From NCBI RefSeq assembly GCF_006345805.1, contig NC_042997.1, positions 154,008,001 to 154,072,000 of the forward strand: a DNA stretch of 64,000 nucleotides. Reading direction: 5' to 3'. A model generated the notes under the pieces. The model saw only the letters and a list, made by a program, of their open reading frames with translations, was not told where the DNA came from and did no database searches. Position numbers and translations under genes: made by a program. This stretch comes from Octopus sinensis. Lineage: Eukaryota. This document shows, one piece after another, positions 50,693 to 62,855 of this stretch (the stretch's first letter is position 1; each line of letters begins with the position of its first letter).

Positions 50693-51250
50693 TACTACAT
50701 ATGTGGAAAATCGGAGTACGTTTGTTTGTGGCGTTATTAGCTAACTCCTCCTACATCATTTTATTGATGTTGATGAAACTTGACACATGAGTAGAACTCA
50801 TGTCTGGAAACCTCGTGACATACTTAGATTGTTGAAAAAATCGATAACACGGCCCCTGGAAGGGACCATTATATCTACCTCATATAACTAATTTTTTTTC
50901 TTTAAACACCCAATGGAAATAACCCATAGCACCTGTACAATATTTTCTTTTAAACACTCAAGGGAAATAACCCATTTCATTGTTTATGTTGAATTATATT
51001 GAATATTGATTTTTTGTGTCCTATTTCTAATTTTTGCATTCATTTGACATGTGAGTAGAACTATGTCTAGAAACCTCATGACATACTTAGATTGTTGAAA
51101 AAAATCGAGAATAGGGACCTTCCAATGGATCCTTTTATCTACTACATATTACTAATATGTTATTTAAACAAACCAAGGGAAATAACCCATACCACCTGCA
51201 GATTTTAGCGAAGCGATTAATATTTGATTCTCATGATCAGCTGACCTAAT
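50693..51250. mobile_element. Non-autonomous Helentron-like element with internal duplication
   Basis: ctacatat...tttgtttgt...aactcctcctac...gatgaaacttgacac start; gacatacttagattgttgaaaaaa occurs twice. Confidence 0.45.
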
Positions 51251-51799
51251 TCTGCATTTCACTACACACAGTTTTGAACTGCTAAACATTATTGTTGTAC
51301 TTCCTTATATTAAATTTTAAACATTAAAGACTTCCTTCATACATTTCTATACATACATACTTTTTTGAATGCCCATTACTCCAATAATTCTGCATCTTTA
51401 CAGTTACACTTTTTCCATGACAGTAGATAAATGTTTTTATTCTACAACTCAGTTGTAGTGGCCACATGCAAACATAGCGTGGATTCCATCCTCAATTGCC
51501 AAATTTCTCTTAACACTTCAACAGCACTTTTCTCATGGTAAAATGATAGTTTTCCTGTGAATGACAGCAGTTATACATTTCCCAGATGCCTTCGCTAAGC
51601 AAAATAATGTCTTTGCCTCTTACCAACCTCTCTCACCAACCTCTAACAATCTTTCTCACTAACCTCTGAAAACCTCCAACAATCTCTCCCTCCTCCAGCT
51701 GACAGTTTTTGCACTTTTTTGTGACAGTTTTCTTATATCACAGTAATAAGGCGTTTCAATAGAACTACTTTACCCCATATATATAAAGATATATATATA

Positions 51800-52048
51800 T
51801 ATCTGTAAATATAATATGTGACAATTATTTGGTAGCCATGATGAAACTTCAATTTATTCAGTTATCCGGCCATTGAAAAAATGCTATGAAAATGACCGTT
51901 AAACACAGTCCCTTTGTTTAACGGTCATTTTCATAGCATTTGTTCGATGGCCGGATAACTGAAGAGATGGCAGCGTGGGTTTCCGCCCCGACATCCGAAA
52001 CTCGGAGTTTGATCATGGCTACCAAATTGTCACATATATTTACAGATA
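51800..52048. repeat. Fold-back element (nested inverted repeats) carrying a hammerhead motif at 51954-52014 (+)
   Basis: Inner arms 51857-51905 and 51915-51963; outer arms tatctgtaaat...ggtagccatgat and atcatggctacc...ttacagata; CTGAAGA GATG...CATC-c GAA ACTC-G-GAGT T. Confidence 0.8.
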
Positions 52049-52493
52049 AATTCCTCTATTTACATAATATTGGTCTCTTCCATTCTCTTGTCGTCTTACC
52101 ATTTCTATCAATATATATATATATATATATATTCTTTTGTAAGCCCAGTACTTATTCTATCGGTTTCTTTTGCTGAACCGCTAAGTAATGGGGACATAAA
52201 CACACCAGCATCGGTTGTCAAGCAATGCTAGGGGGACAAACACAGACACATAAACACGCATATATATATATATATATATATATAATGATAAATCTCAGAG
52301 CGAGTTATAAACAGTAGCAGCAACACATCATGACGTATATTTGCCATTTGAATATGGCTAACCCCTAAGGGTGGATGCTACTGTAGTTTGTAGCCCCAGG
52401 AAGACACCTCCTCCAGCTGGCTATAGACACACATTCTGTGCCCTATCAGTATTTGTGAAGGGAAGTCATCCTTCCCGTCTTCAACTTATGATA

Positions 52494-52538
52494 CACACGG
52501 ACTCGAGTTTCAAGGTATTGCCCTATCATCGGCGTGTG
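52494..52538 (-). ncRNA. Minimal type I hammerhead ribozyme motif
   Basis: CACACG CCGATGA T AGGG-caata-CCTT GAA ACTCGAGT C CGTGTG; perfect 6-bp stem I, 8-nt palindromic stem III, GTC triplet. Confidence 0.8.
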
Positions 52539-52691
52539 ACAATCATAGTTGTTGACGAGAAGTCAGTTTCCCTCACAAATACATATACTTTTTCCAGTAT
52601 CGATTGACACTGATATTGAAAAAGTGAAATCAAACAATGATAAATCTCAGAGCGTGAGGGAAACTGACTTCTCGTCGACAACTATGATTGT

Positions 52692-52736
52692 CACACACCG
52701 ATGATAGGGCAATACCTTGAAACTCGAGTCCGTGTG
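52692..52736 (+). ncRNA. Inverted second copy of the hammerhead motif
   Basis: Same as 52494-52538 except G>A in the stem I pair next to the core. Confidence 0.7.
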
Positions 52737-52896
52737 TATCATAAGTTGAAGACGGGAAGGATGACTTCCCTTCACAAATACTGATAGGGCACAGAACGTG
52801 TGTCTATAGCCAGCTGGAGGAGGTGTCTTCCTGGGGCTACAAACTACAGTAGCATCCACCCTTAGGGGTTAGCCATATTCAAATGGCAAATATACG

Positions 52897-52931
<35 letters not shown>

Positions 52932-53239
52932 GACGGGCTTCTTTCAGTTTCCGTCTACCAAATCCACTCACAAGGCTTTGGTCGGCCCGAGGCTATAGTA
53001 GAAGACACTTGCCCAAGGTCCCACACAGTGCGACTGAATCCGGAACCATGTGGTTGGTAAACAAGGTACTTACCACACAGCCACTCCTGCGCCTATATAT
53101 GTATATATATAACATAAACTCTTTTCTTTATTCACCATAGGGATGATATATAATCTAATCTAATAAAGAACTCTTGCTTATTAGGTTTTTCCAAGACGCT
53201 CAGGCAATAAGCAATGATTTTCTAAAATTTTCGATTGTT

Positions 53240-53450
53240 TAGGAATCTGTACTTGAATATCCGTGTGACGCAGAAGTGCGTTACAACGCACCGTCCGAGA
53301 ATCACCGGCTTACCGCGGCAGTGGACTAAGTTGTTCTGGATATCCAATACAGAATGCCTTCGGTTATAGATCCGCTTGATTATGGTCGACACGGAGGTAA
53401 ACAAATAAACCAAATGAATCTCTCCAGATGTTTCTACAAATTTCATTTCA
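53240..53450. promoter_or_regulatory. CpG-rich promoter / first-exon region, possibly bidirectional
   Basis: Local CpG enrichment; plus-strand donor GGAG|gtaaac at 53396/53397 after an ATG at 53354; a minus-strand donor CGCG|gtaagc near 53310. Confidence 0.45.
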
Positions 53451-53925
53451 TGAAATTTTGGAATTGTACTCCCTCTGCAAGTGATTTGAATTTGTGTTGA
53501 AACAAAAAATTACTTTAAGGAAAAGTAATTTAAAAGTCATTTATAACTCACATTTACCGTTACATTTGATTTTTTTTTATAGTATTGAATACTATTAAGT
53601 GTTAAGTGCAGTGAAATTGTATCAGTGACCACATCATAGATGCGCAACAAGACTTTATAGCATAAGATGCACTGTTGTAAAATAAAGCAAAAGTACAGAC
53701 AAACCGTATATATATATATTTTAAATAGATATCACGACTATACAAAAGTTAATTACTCCAATAAAGTTTAATATAATTTTATCGGAAAGATTACTTTACC
53801 AAGCTTCTTAAAGGGAGATAACTATAAAGTTCTGTTTAGTCCACCAATCGTATTTCCTTTATTATACTTCTTTGGATTCTGCGTATTTACTCCTCTTTGC
53901 ACGTAATTTTCATTCAACGTTTCAG

Positions 53926-54251
53926 CAAAGGTCTCCCTGGTATGTCTGACTGGAATCAATTGAACACTTACTACCGTATTATATACGACTACCTAAAACC
54001 AGATCAAGTGATATCGTGTGCGGAAGGTGTATTGCAGTCTATTGTAGGGACAGCAAACTCAGACCAGGGCGACACTACCTTGGCAAGTAGTGACACAGCA
54101 AATGCTCCAGGTCGGCTGTGTTTTGTGAACAGTCCTGTACAAGTGAGGGTTTTACTTGGATTGCTTGCTTATTTCTTCATCACTATTGTCCTTATCCATT
54201 TGGCCTGGCTTCTGTACGGATTTGATATAAATGAATTATTCGTACGATCTG
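53926..54251 (+). CDS. Probable coding exon of an unidentified gene (MSDWNQLNTYYRIIYDYLKPDQ...VLLGLLAYFFITIVLIHLAWLLYGF...)
   Basis: Non-repetitive open frame with higher GC than its flanks; acceptor tttcag at 53925, ATG at 53942, donors at 54142 (gtgagg) and 54251 (gtgagt). Confidence 0.55.
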
Positions 54252-54809
54252 GTGAGTTACAGAAATTCAAAACACACCTGTATCATTACATTTACGTTTG
54301 TTTATTATTATTATTATTATTAATATTATTTTTTTCTTTATTAACATTTATATACTGCAGTGTCGGTAGTTGGTCGTACATCTACCTGTCTATCAACTAC
54401 TTGACCACTAACATAATCCTACTACATTTACCGTACAGTGGAATTGTGTCAATGAAGTTGTAAATTCACAACCTTTGAAATTATCAACATTCATTCCTCT
54501 TCGCCATTACAATCGTGTTTACACACACAAACACATACATACTCTGTAATCGATATTATTTAGAAATATTCTAGTGTGGCGTGTAATTTATTATTTCGGT
54601 TTTGATAATGATTTTAACTACCCTTGCTCAAGGCCATATTTTATGGAAGTCCATATAATCGTCTTAGTGGGTAGACATCAACAATGGTATGGATTTTTAC
54701 ACTTACTTCTGAATGTATTGCTATTAAAAGAAATAGTGTTGACAATATAAATTATATATATATTTATATATACCTATATAAACTCGATAGTTAACGTGTG
54801 TCTGTGTGC

Positions 54810-54874
<65 letters not shown>

Positions 54875-56855
54875 AATATATATATTTACACACACAGAAA
54901 TCGTTTACAATTTCTTCTATTCAGCAAATATTGATAACCGCGTGTATTTAGTGAGTTTACTGTTTTAATTAATATCCTGATGACAACATGGATTACATTT
55001 AGTGACTTCTATAGTTTATTGTTTGTGTCTAGTATCTCACCTGATCAACTAATGTCATATGACTGGTACACAATGCCAATCAGGTTATTTATTTAAATGA
55101 CTTCAGTGAATTTTTGGCTGCAATTTGCGTCTTGGACTTATTCCACGTGTTGACCGTTTAAGGAAACCTTATGACGATAAAAACCACGTAAACCAATAAA
55201 CAGACCAATATGTAAGTGGTCTAAATACTAAATATATCGTTTGTAACTTTCCCTCCTTCTCTCTTTATACTCTTTCACACAGATAGTTACCCATTCACTG
55301 CTGTGTATAAATTAGGAAATTTTCATCTGCTATTACTCTGATCTCTATGCACACTTGAAAAATAATAGGCAGTTCGTGATCGCGATGACATGACCATTGG
55401 TCTGCTTCGTTAAGGGCCTGACCTGAGCTATATAAATAACAACACATTGTTGTTTTTTTTTTTATATTTAAAGCTGTAGCAGTTATTTCTCTACTCCAAA
55501 CTATACAAACATATTATTATTATTATTATTATAGCAATAATATTTGCGCAGTTATTTTGTCGATTAAAGCATCATTATCACTATAATTTATTTTTAGTAG
55601 AATTAAGTATTTTCTCCATGTAATTCCAACGAGAGATGAGATTTTATGTCGTTGTTTGATCTGGCAGAAATAGCTGCTAATTTCCCCCCAAACCACAATT
55701 GTCTTGTCGAAAAAGCACACTCTATTGCAGGAAAGAATGTGTAGTCGTGGCTGGAAAGTCCTTTAATCATAGACCTGTCTGCTCCATAAGAGTTGATTGA
55801 CTCACGGCTAAACAACAGTAACAAGGGCGCTTATTCGTTTCTAGGGTTCGATGAAAATGTAAATATTTACTTTATCATCCAGTAGTAGGTATTTTCCAAG
55901 TCAAAAAGGAAAGTGAAAATATATATTTTTTTTTTGTTGATAAATACACATGTTAAACGGATCTAATATCTTTAATACTTCAAATGTACTACCATAAATG
56001 TCATTGGTGACACTGACACCAATTTGATTGTATTTTGAATAAGATACTCTGCCCATATATCGCTGCAGTAGTTCTAGCTGACACTCAAATGCTATTATTT
56101 TAATGCTCGCCATGCAGTACACCTAATGGCTTCAGATTTTGGCACAAGGTCAGCAAGTTAAGGAAATGAGGTTGGTCCAAAACATTGACCTCAGTATTGA
56201 TACATTATTTTATTGAAGGGATGAAAAATGTTCTCTATGTAATGCATCTAGTAATAAATGAGATTGACTACATGTACAAAAAATATATATATATATAGTT
56301 TTTCTTGACCTGAGTTGTATACAATGTTCGAGTCAACAATTTTGCAGTTAAGTAATTTTATTTCCTGTATTGTGCTGTTAACCAGTCTAACTCTTTTGGG
56401 TAAATCACAACATGTATGATAGATCCAAATTAAATGAGAAGAACGGCGAACTGGTATCTCGCCAACTCTCAGTTTGTTATTTTTACTTTTTAGAAAATAC
56501 TTTCTCGTTCAATTTGCCAGGAAAACACACTTTCGAAAAAGTAAATACTTTCACTTTCGCGAGGCTCTGAAAACAATTACCGGCACATCAACGACAAAAG
56601 TAGATTCCTGTTCCATTGCCTTGCAATTCATGATTTGTTTTCTTCATTTCATTAACTCGAATAAGACCCAGTTCATAAACCCCTCAACAAATTATAACGA
56701 TGTAAATGTATTGTGAAAGATATCCACTCTAAAGAAAGGCTGAAATCTTAAAACTTTTGCTTCTGATTAAACACGGGACCTATGCATAGGCTTGTTTGTG
56801 TGGTTAAGAACTTCACTTTGCAACTTTGTGGCTTTCAATTCGATCCCAAAGAACG

Positions 56856-57075
56856 TACTAGGTGGTACTGAAAAGTTCCTGGCTTTAAGGGTATTGCAAA
56901 GGCCTGGTCGGAGCCCCAACCTTCTGAGTTCTTTTACAGGGCTTAGAAAAACTGAAGAACTGCTGCAATAAGTGTGTGAATCTGAGAGGGGAATATGTTA
57001 AATAAAATCATAATTAATTGATCCTCCTGTATTTTCTTTTACCCAAAGCCAGGAACTTTTCAGTACCTCATTGTA
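56856..57075. mobile_element. mariner-type MITE
   Basis: TIRs ggtactgaaaagttcctggcttt / aaagccaggaacttttcagtacc with TA ends. Confidence 0.8.
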
Positions 57076-58282
57076 GTTGCATTGTAGTTGCATTGGCACC
57101 AAGGTTTTCTATAGCTTCGAGTTGACCAAAGCTTTGTGAGTTTGAAACAGTAGAAACCCATCAGAGAGATTCTGATTGTTCTTAAATTTTAGACTTAATC
57201 CATCTACCCATTTAGCACCACCACTGGGTTCCTTGGTGTCTTTAGCAAAAACGACTCTTGTAAACACTAGGTCCAGATCTCCAGTTTGAAGATAATTTCT
57301 TTTCACTGGTCTTAGAGGTCTTGCCTTTCTTGTGATTAAATCCATTTAAGTAAATATTACCTTGTAACTAATGAAACCTCAAGTTGAACATCTAGAAACT
57401 TCTGCTAAAAAGACAAAAATAGCATGAACAGTAGATGAACTTGATTTTTTTTTTAGCCTCAATTCAATTGGGCCTGTGATCAAAGGTGTTCCATCATTGA
57501 CCAAATTGTATTTTCCCCACCTTCTTGTACTCAAGACTACATTATCCAATGTTTGCAGATGTTATTGTTGTAACTTGAGGAAGATTTGGTTACTATTTTT
57601 ATTAGTCTGAATGATCATGTAGAGGTTTCTTCATTGGCTCACTAGCTATGGAGTATATCATCTGAATAAATTCAAACACAATTTAATGCTCTACTTATAC
57701 TGTTGTTTAGCCCTAGGTCAGCTAGTATTCTCATTGTGATTATACCATTCTCATTGTAGTTGACTACATTGTTCAACCTGTCCTATTTTAAGCTGCCAAG
57801 ATATTATTCGAGGGAAACTTATATGCTATTACTTGCAGGTCAAGCAATGATATAAAGACTCCTCCATTTATCTTCCTGTGCCTTATGTTCGCTTGCAATT
57901 TATTTTATGAAGAATGTTGAATATGTAATAAAATCCCCGCCTAAGTATATGCAAGAAAAATGTAGTGGGTTGGGAAGTGGGGTCTGGTTCAAATGCTTAC
58001 AGCAGGGAAATTTGTTAAAGGCTCTTGAGTTCTAAGTAATTGATGTTAACTTGAGTGGTGAGCAAGTTCCACCATGCATGCTAAACTGGGCAGTGAGCTA
58101 GGCCGATCATCCATGTTAAAAGTAGAGGCACTTGAAGATATGAAGAGATGGGCCAGTACCAGCAATATGGTGTAATCACTACTGAAGATAGTGTATCAAG
58201 TACACCCTCAGTCTTGATATTTTGAACAAGCCGAGAACTGAAAGCCTCATTTAACCTTGTACAGAGAGTAGCAGTTTACATT

Positions 58283-58564
58283 TACAAGGTGGTATAAAAA
58301 AGTTCCCGGACTAGTTACGTTTAATAAAAAAATAACTTATTTACTCTTTACTCTCTGTACCCTTTTACTTGTTTCAGTCATTTGACTGTGGCCATGCTGG
58401 AGCACCACCTTTAGTCAAGCAAATCGACCCCAGGACTTATTCTTTGTAAGCCTAGTACTTATTCTATTGGTCTCTTTTGCTGAACTGCTAAGTGACGGGG
58501 ACATAAACACACCAGCATCAGTTGTCAAGCAATGCTAGGGGGACAAACACAGACACACAAACAT

Positions 58565-58607
<43 letters not shown>

Positions 58608-59618
58608 CGACGGGCTTCTTTCAGTTTCCATCTACCAAATCCACTCACAAGGCTTTGGTCAGCCCGAGGCTATAGTAGAAGACACTTGCCCAAGATGCCA
58701 TGCAGTGGGATTGAACCCAGAACCATGTGGTTGGTAAGCAAGCTACTTACCACACAGCCACTCCTGCACCTAAATTTTAACATCATCTCTCTTGAAATAG
58801 TCACCTTGCGCAGCAATACACTGGTCCCAGCATTCTTGTCACTTTTGGAATCTGCCCTGGAAGTCATTTTCCATAAGCAAGTCAAGGACCTTCTGTGATT
58901 CACTCTTGATCTTGACAACAGTGTTAAAACAGTGATCTTTGAGCTGCATTTTCATCCTGGGAAAGAGATGGAAATCTGCAGGCACTAAGTCTGAATAGGA
59001 CTGAGGCAAAAGCGATACCATGTTGTCTTTGATAAGAAACTCACAAGTGAAGGGAGCTTAGTGACAGGGTGCATTGTTGTAAAAAATCCAATTCTTCACA
59101 CTCTGCAGATGTTCTTACTTTCACTGGATGTCCTCCCTCAAACACTTCAAAATATCATTGTCCTCTAACAATCCTCATGCACAAACTGATGAATTTTCTC
59201 CTCATTTCTGGGGGTCACACTTATAGTAGGTCTTCCAGATTGCTCATCATTTTCCAGGGACATTCTTGCACTTTTGAAGCACCCATGCCACTTGAAACAT
59301 TGCGTAATACCCATTGCCTTGTTGCTGTAAGCTTGCTGAAGCATGCTCCATGTCTCTGTTGCAGACTTCCCAAATTTAATGAAAAAAATTTCACATTGGC
59401 TCTTTTGTTCCAACTTTTTGTCTATGACAAAAATTGTAGACTATAACATACGTGATCACAAAAACACAAATTTCACGACTTGCAAAGTAAACACAGTGAT
59501 GTCACTCAACACTACCTCATAAAGGTCATTGCTAGCTCTCACTGTGCATGCAACCATGTGCTGCCATCTGTTGGCATGCTACAGAAGTAGTCTGGGAACT
59601 TTTTGATACTATCTCATA
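58283..59618 (-). mobile_element. Internally deleted mariner transposon with SINE A insertion (about 58340-58770)
   Basis: HTH region MEQK...FIKFGKSATETWSMLQQAY...SGRP and C-terminal YSDLVPADFHLFPRMK; TIRs aaaagttccc(g/a)gactag/tac. Confidence 0.85.
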
Positions 59619-59654
59619 TGTATAAAATAGCAGCTTACATTTACACATGGAATA

Positions 59655-60225
59655 GCAGTCAGCTTACATATAGGGTGGCAATCAGCTGCATCCAGACGTG
59701 TTTTGTGTAGCCCTGGTGTATGGGCAGGAGAAGGGATAGAAATACAATTTGAATTCAAATTCACCCATTTGAAATTTCAAATAGCTGGAATTTTTCAAGT
59801 GCACAATACCCTGACTTTTGTACATTTGATACTGTCTGCATAAATGTCTCTTCTCAGTCATTAAAAAATGTAAAACAATAAAATACGCCAACTGTTCTGC
59901 TATCACAAAGTATAGAATAACAGTTTACATTTACATATAGAATAACAGTCAGTTTACAGATAGGGTAGCAGTCAACTGCAACCAGACATGTTTTCTGTAG
60001 CTCTGGTGTATTGGCAGGAGAAGGAATAGAAATACAATTTTGAATTCAAATTCACCCATTTGAAACTGCAACTCTTATTATTTTACATGTTTCAGTCATT
60101 ACACTGCAGCCATGCTGGAATTCTTCAAGAGCTCAGTACCATGACTTTTGAACATTTGATACTGACTGTGTAAATGTCTCTTCTCTTTCATTAAAAAAAG
60201 TAAAACAACAGAATACACAGCTCCA
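59655..60225. repeat. About 290-bp diverged tandem duplication
   Basis: gcaggagaagg(g/a)atagaaatacaattt...aattcaaattcacccatttgaaa occurs twice. Confidence 0.8.
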
Positions 60226-60989
60226 ACCTTTTTGATACCACCAAGTATCATAAAACACATGAGATACAGTCAACATATTGATTATACATATTTACCTGTG
60301 ATTAAGTAAATAGTCAATATATTTGGCTTTAGGTTGAGCAGTCCAGTTTTTGAGTGCTTTGTCCTTCACTTGGTGATAACTACTAGCTGCTACTTTGCTC
60401 TTTTTTCACATCTGACTAAGAAAATTCATGTAAATTGCCCTAGGAAACTGAGGATTTTATCTAAGTTTGTAAAAAAAAAAATCAGAATTTTGCTGACTTT
60501 ACATATGATAATAATACCGACAATAAGATCTAGTTTTATGAAAATTTTAGTTAAAATGTGAAGATGTGATGGCATGTATGTATTTTTTATTTTAAATAAA
60601 GTGCCTGTGGCACATAAAAAGCACCCACTACACTTTTGAAGTGGTTGGCATTAGGAAGGGCATCTTGCCACATCAGATTGGAGCCTGGAGCAGCCTCCTG
60701 GTTTGCCAGTCCTCAATCAAACTGTCCAACCCATGCCAGCATGGACGGACGATAATGATGAAAGGTAATTTCTTGCCTACATACAGGGTACAAGCCATAT
60801 TGTTAGCATATACAAGAGGAAAGTCTACCTAAATCTGTATTGGAGAATGGTAGATTTCTTTGTTCCTGTTTCACTTCCTTTAAGAAATGTTGAAAAGAAG
60901 GACTCTAAGATTTTTCAGTTCTATTTTACTATTATTGACATTTGCTGTTTTGTTAAATTATGCTACCCAAATCCCAAAAGAATATTTTT

Positions 60990-62070
60990 CTCCCTTGTGT
61001 TCTGACCACCCTAACTCTAGCACCCTCCCCCCTCTCTCTCTCAGCCTCACTTTGTCTGTCTGTCTCTCTTTCGATTACCACTTGCTTTGCCAAGACTTCC
61101 TCCACCCCCACCCTATATAAACTAGCGCATGCACTTGGATTCCCCTACTCGATTTTTAATACCTCCGCCGAAAGAATACGTATCCAGAAGATGCTCTTGT
61201 CTAAAGTTGCTAGTTTGCGGTACACCCGTCCACCTCATCCACCTGTACCGGAAGTTCCTATCCTCTGTCATGCTTTGGTTGTCTCCCATGAACACTTCTA
61301 AAGGCTTTACACCATCCCCACCCCTACATAGGGTTCATCTCCTATGTAAGGTAGTAATCATATTGTGCATAAATGTGATGGTGTAGTGTATGCAGGTTAA
61401 ATTGAAGGTTTATGAATTCTGCCAAATGCGAGCTTTCTTTTCAGTACATGACGCTGCTGTCTCCCGTCCCAGGGTCTCATGGGCCTACACCTCCCACACC
61501 CTCAGGGTTGGCACTCTCAATGTCGGCACACTGAAAGGTAGGTCTGGTGAGATTGTTGAGATGCTTGAACGGAGGCAATGACTAGTGACTGAGACCATTG
61601 GAAATATGCTGTGCTTGAGAAGACCCGGCAAGCCAAGTGATACCATAACCCGTGGCCTATGCCAGGGGTGTAACCAGCCCATTTATGCATACCTTTCCTT
61701 CATTGAACACTAAACTCTGCTTGCGAAGACCTGTTGAGGCAAATGAAATCGAAATCAAATTCGATGACAGCACAGCATGTCTGGCATCCATGCTAGTGGA
61801 GCGCTAAGAGCACCATCTGAGTGTGATTGTTGCCAGAGTCACTGACTAGCTTCCGTGCCGGTGACACATAAAAAGCATCATTGGAGTGTGATCGTTACCA
61901 GCATTGCCTTACTGGCACATGAAAAAATATTTGAGTGAGGTTGTTGTCAGTGCCTGTGGACTGGCTCCTGTGCAGGTGGCACGTAAAAAATACCATTTGA
62001 GTGTGGCTGTTGCCAGTACTGCCTGACTAGCCCTCGTGCTGGTGGCACATAAAAGCACCCACTACACTCT
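60990..62070 (+). mobile_element. RTE derivative with intact 5' end and massive internal deletion
   Basis: 5' UTR then LRVGTLNVGTLKGRSGEIVEMLERR (endonuclease start), joined at about 61576 to RTE 3' end sequence (tgactagtgactgagacc...gctgtgcttgagaagacc). Confidence 0.7.
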
Positions 62071-62435
62071 TGGGAGTTAACAGTGAAATTTTAAATCCTG
62101 CAACCATGATATCATCAATGACATCATTCCTATGATTTTAAACCCTTTTTGTCATATTTCTGGTGAAATACATTACTTTTGCTTCTGTTAATTTTGAAAA
62201 TAATGAAAAAAATTTAGTAAGACAACTTTATCGTTATTAAACTTCTGTTTGGAACAGAAAATAGCATCAAATTTTGTTGGAAAGTTTTTAATTCAGTCCA
62301 CTTTATCCCTTCAGCATTTAAACAGACCACATCAGGCCCATATAGTCTACCTGTTATATGTTCAAACTGGCCAGATCTGGCCTCTCACACCTATCCTACA
62401 ATGTCATTCTATAAAAAATAAAGATAATAAATAAA

Positions 62436-62855
62436 GGCGCAGGAGTGGCTGTGTGGTAAGTAGCTTGTTTACCAACCACATGGTTCCGGGTTCAGTCCCA
62501 CTGCGTGACACCTTGGGCAAGTGTCTTCTGCTATAGCCTCGGGCCGACCAAAGCCATGTGAGTGGATTTGGTAGACGGAAACTGAAAGAAGCCCGTCGTA
62601 TATATGTATATATATATATGTGTGTGTGCGTATATGTTTGTGTGTCTGTGTTTGTCCCCCTAGCATTGCTTGACAACTAATGCTGGTGTGTTTATGTCCC
62701 CGTCACTTAGCGGTTCGGCAAAAGAGACCGATAGAATAAGTACTGAGCTTACAAAGAATAAGTCCCGGGGTCGATTTGCTCGATTAAAGGCGGTGCTCCA
62801 GCATGGCCGCAGTCAAATGACTGAAACAAGTAAAAGAGTAAAGAGAGTAAGAGTA
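62436..62855 (+). mobile_element. SINE family A
   Basis: Full-length copy. Confidence 0.9.

Larger units (their letters stand above)
52284..52899. mobile_element. Hammerhead-containing retrozyme/PLE-LTR-like insertion: terminally redundant 352-nt unit plus inverted 246-bp copy
   Basis: 19-bp direct repeat aatgataaatctcagagcg at 52284-52302 and 52636-52654; inverted arms 52331-52576 and 52654-52899 with 3 mismatches seen. Confidence 0.75.
52131..53095 (-). mobile_element. SINE family A split at its internal (TA)n by a 616-bp insertion
   Basis: Tail half at 52131-52260 and head half at 52920-53095 are collinear. Confidence 0.9.
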
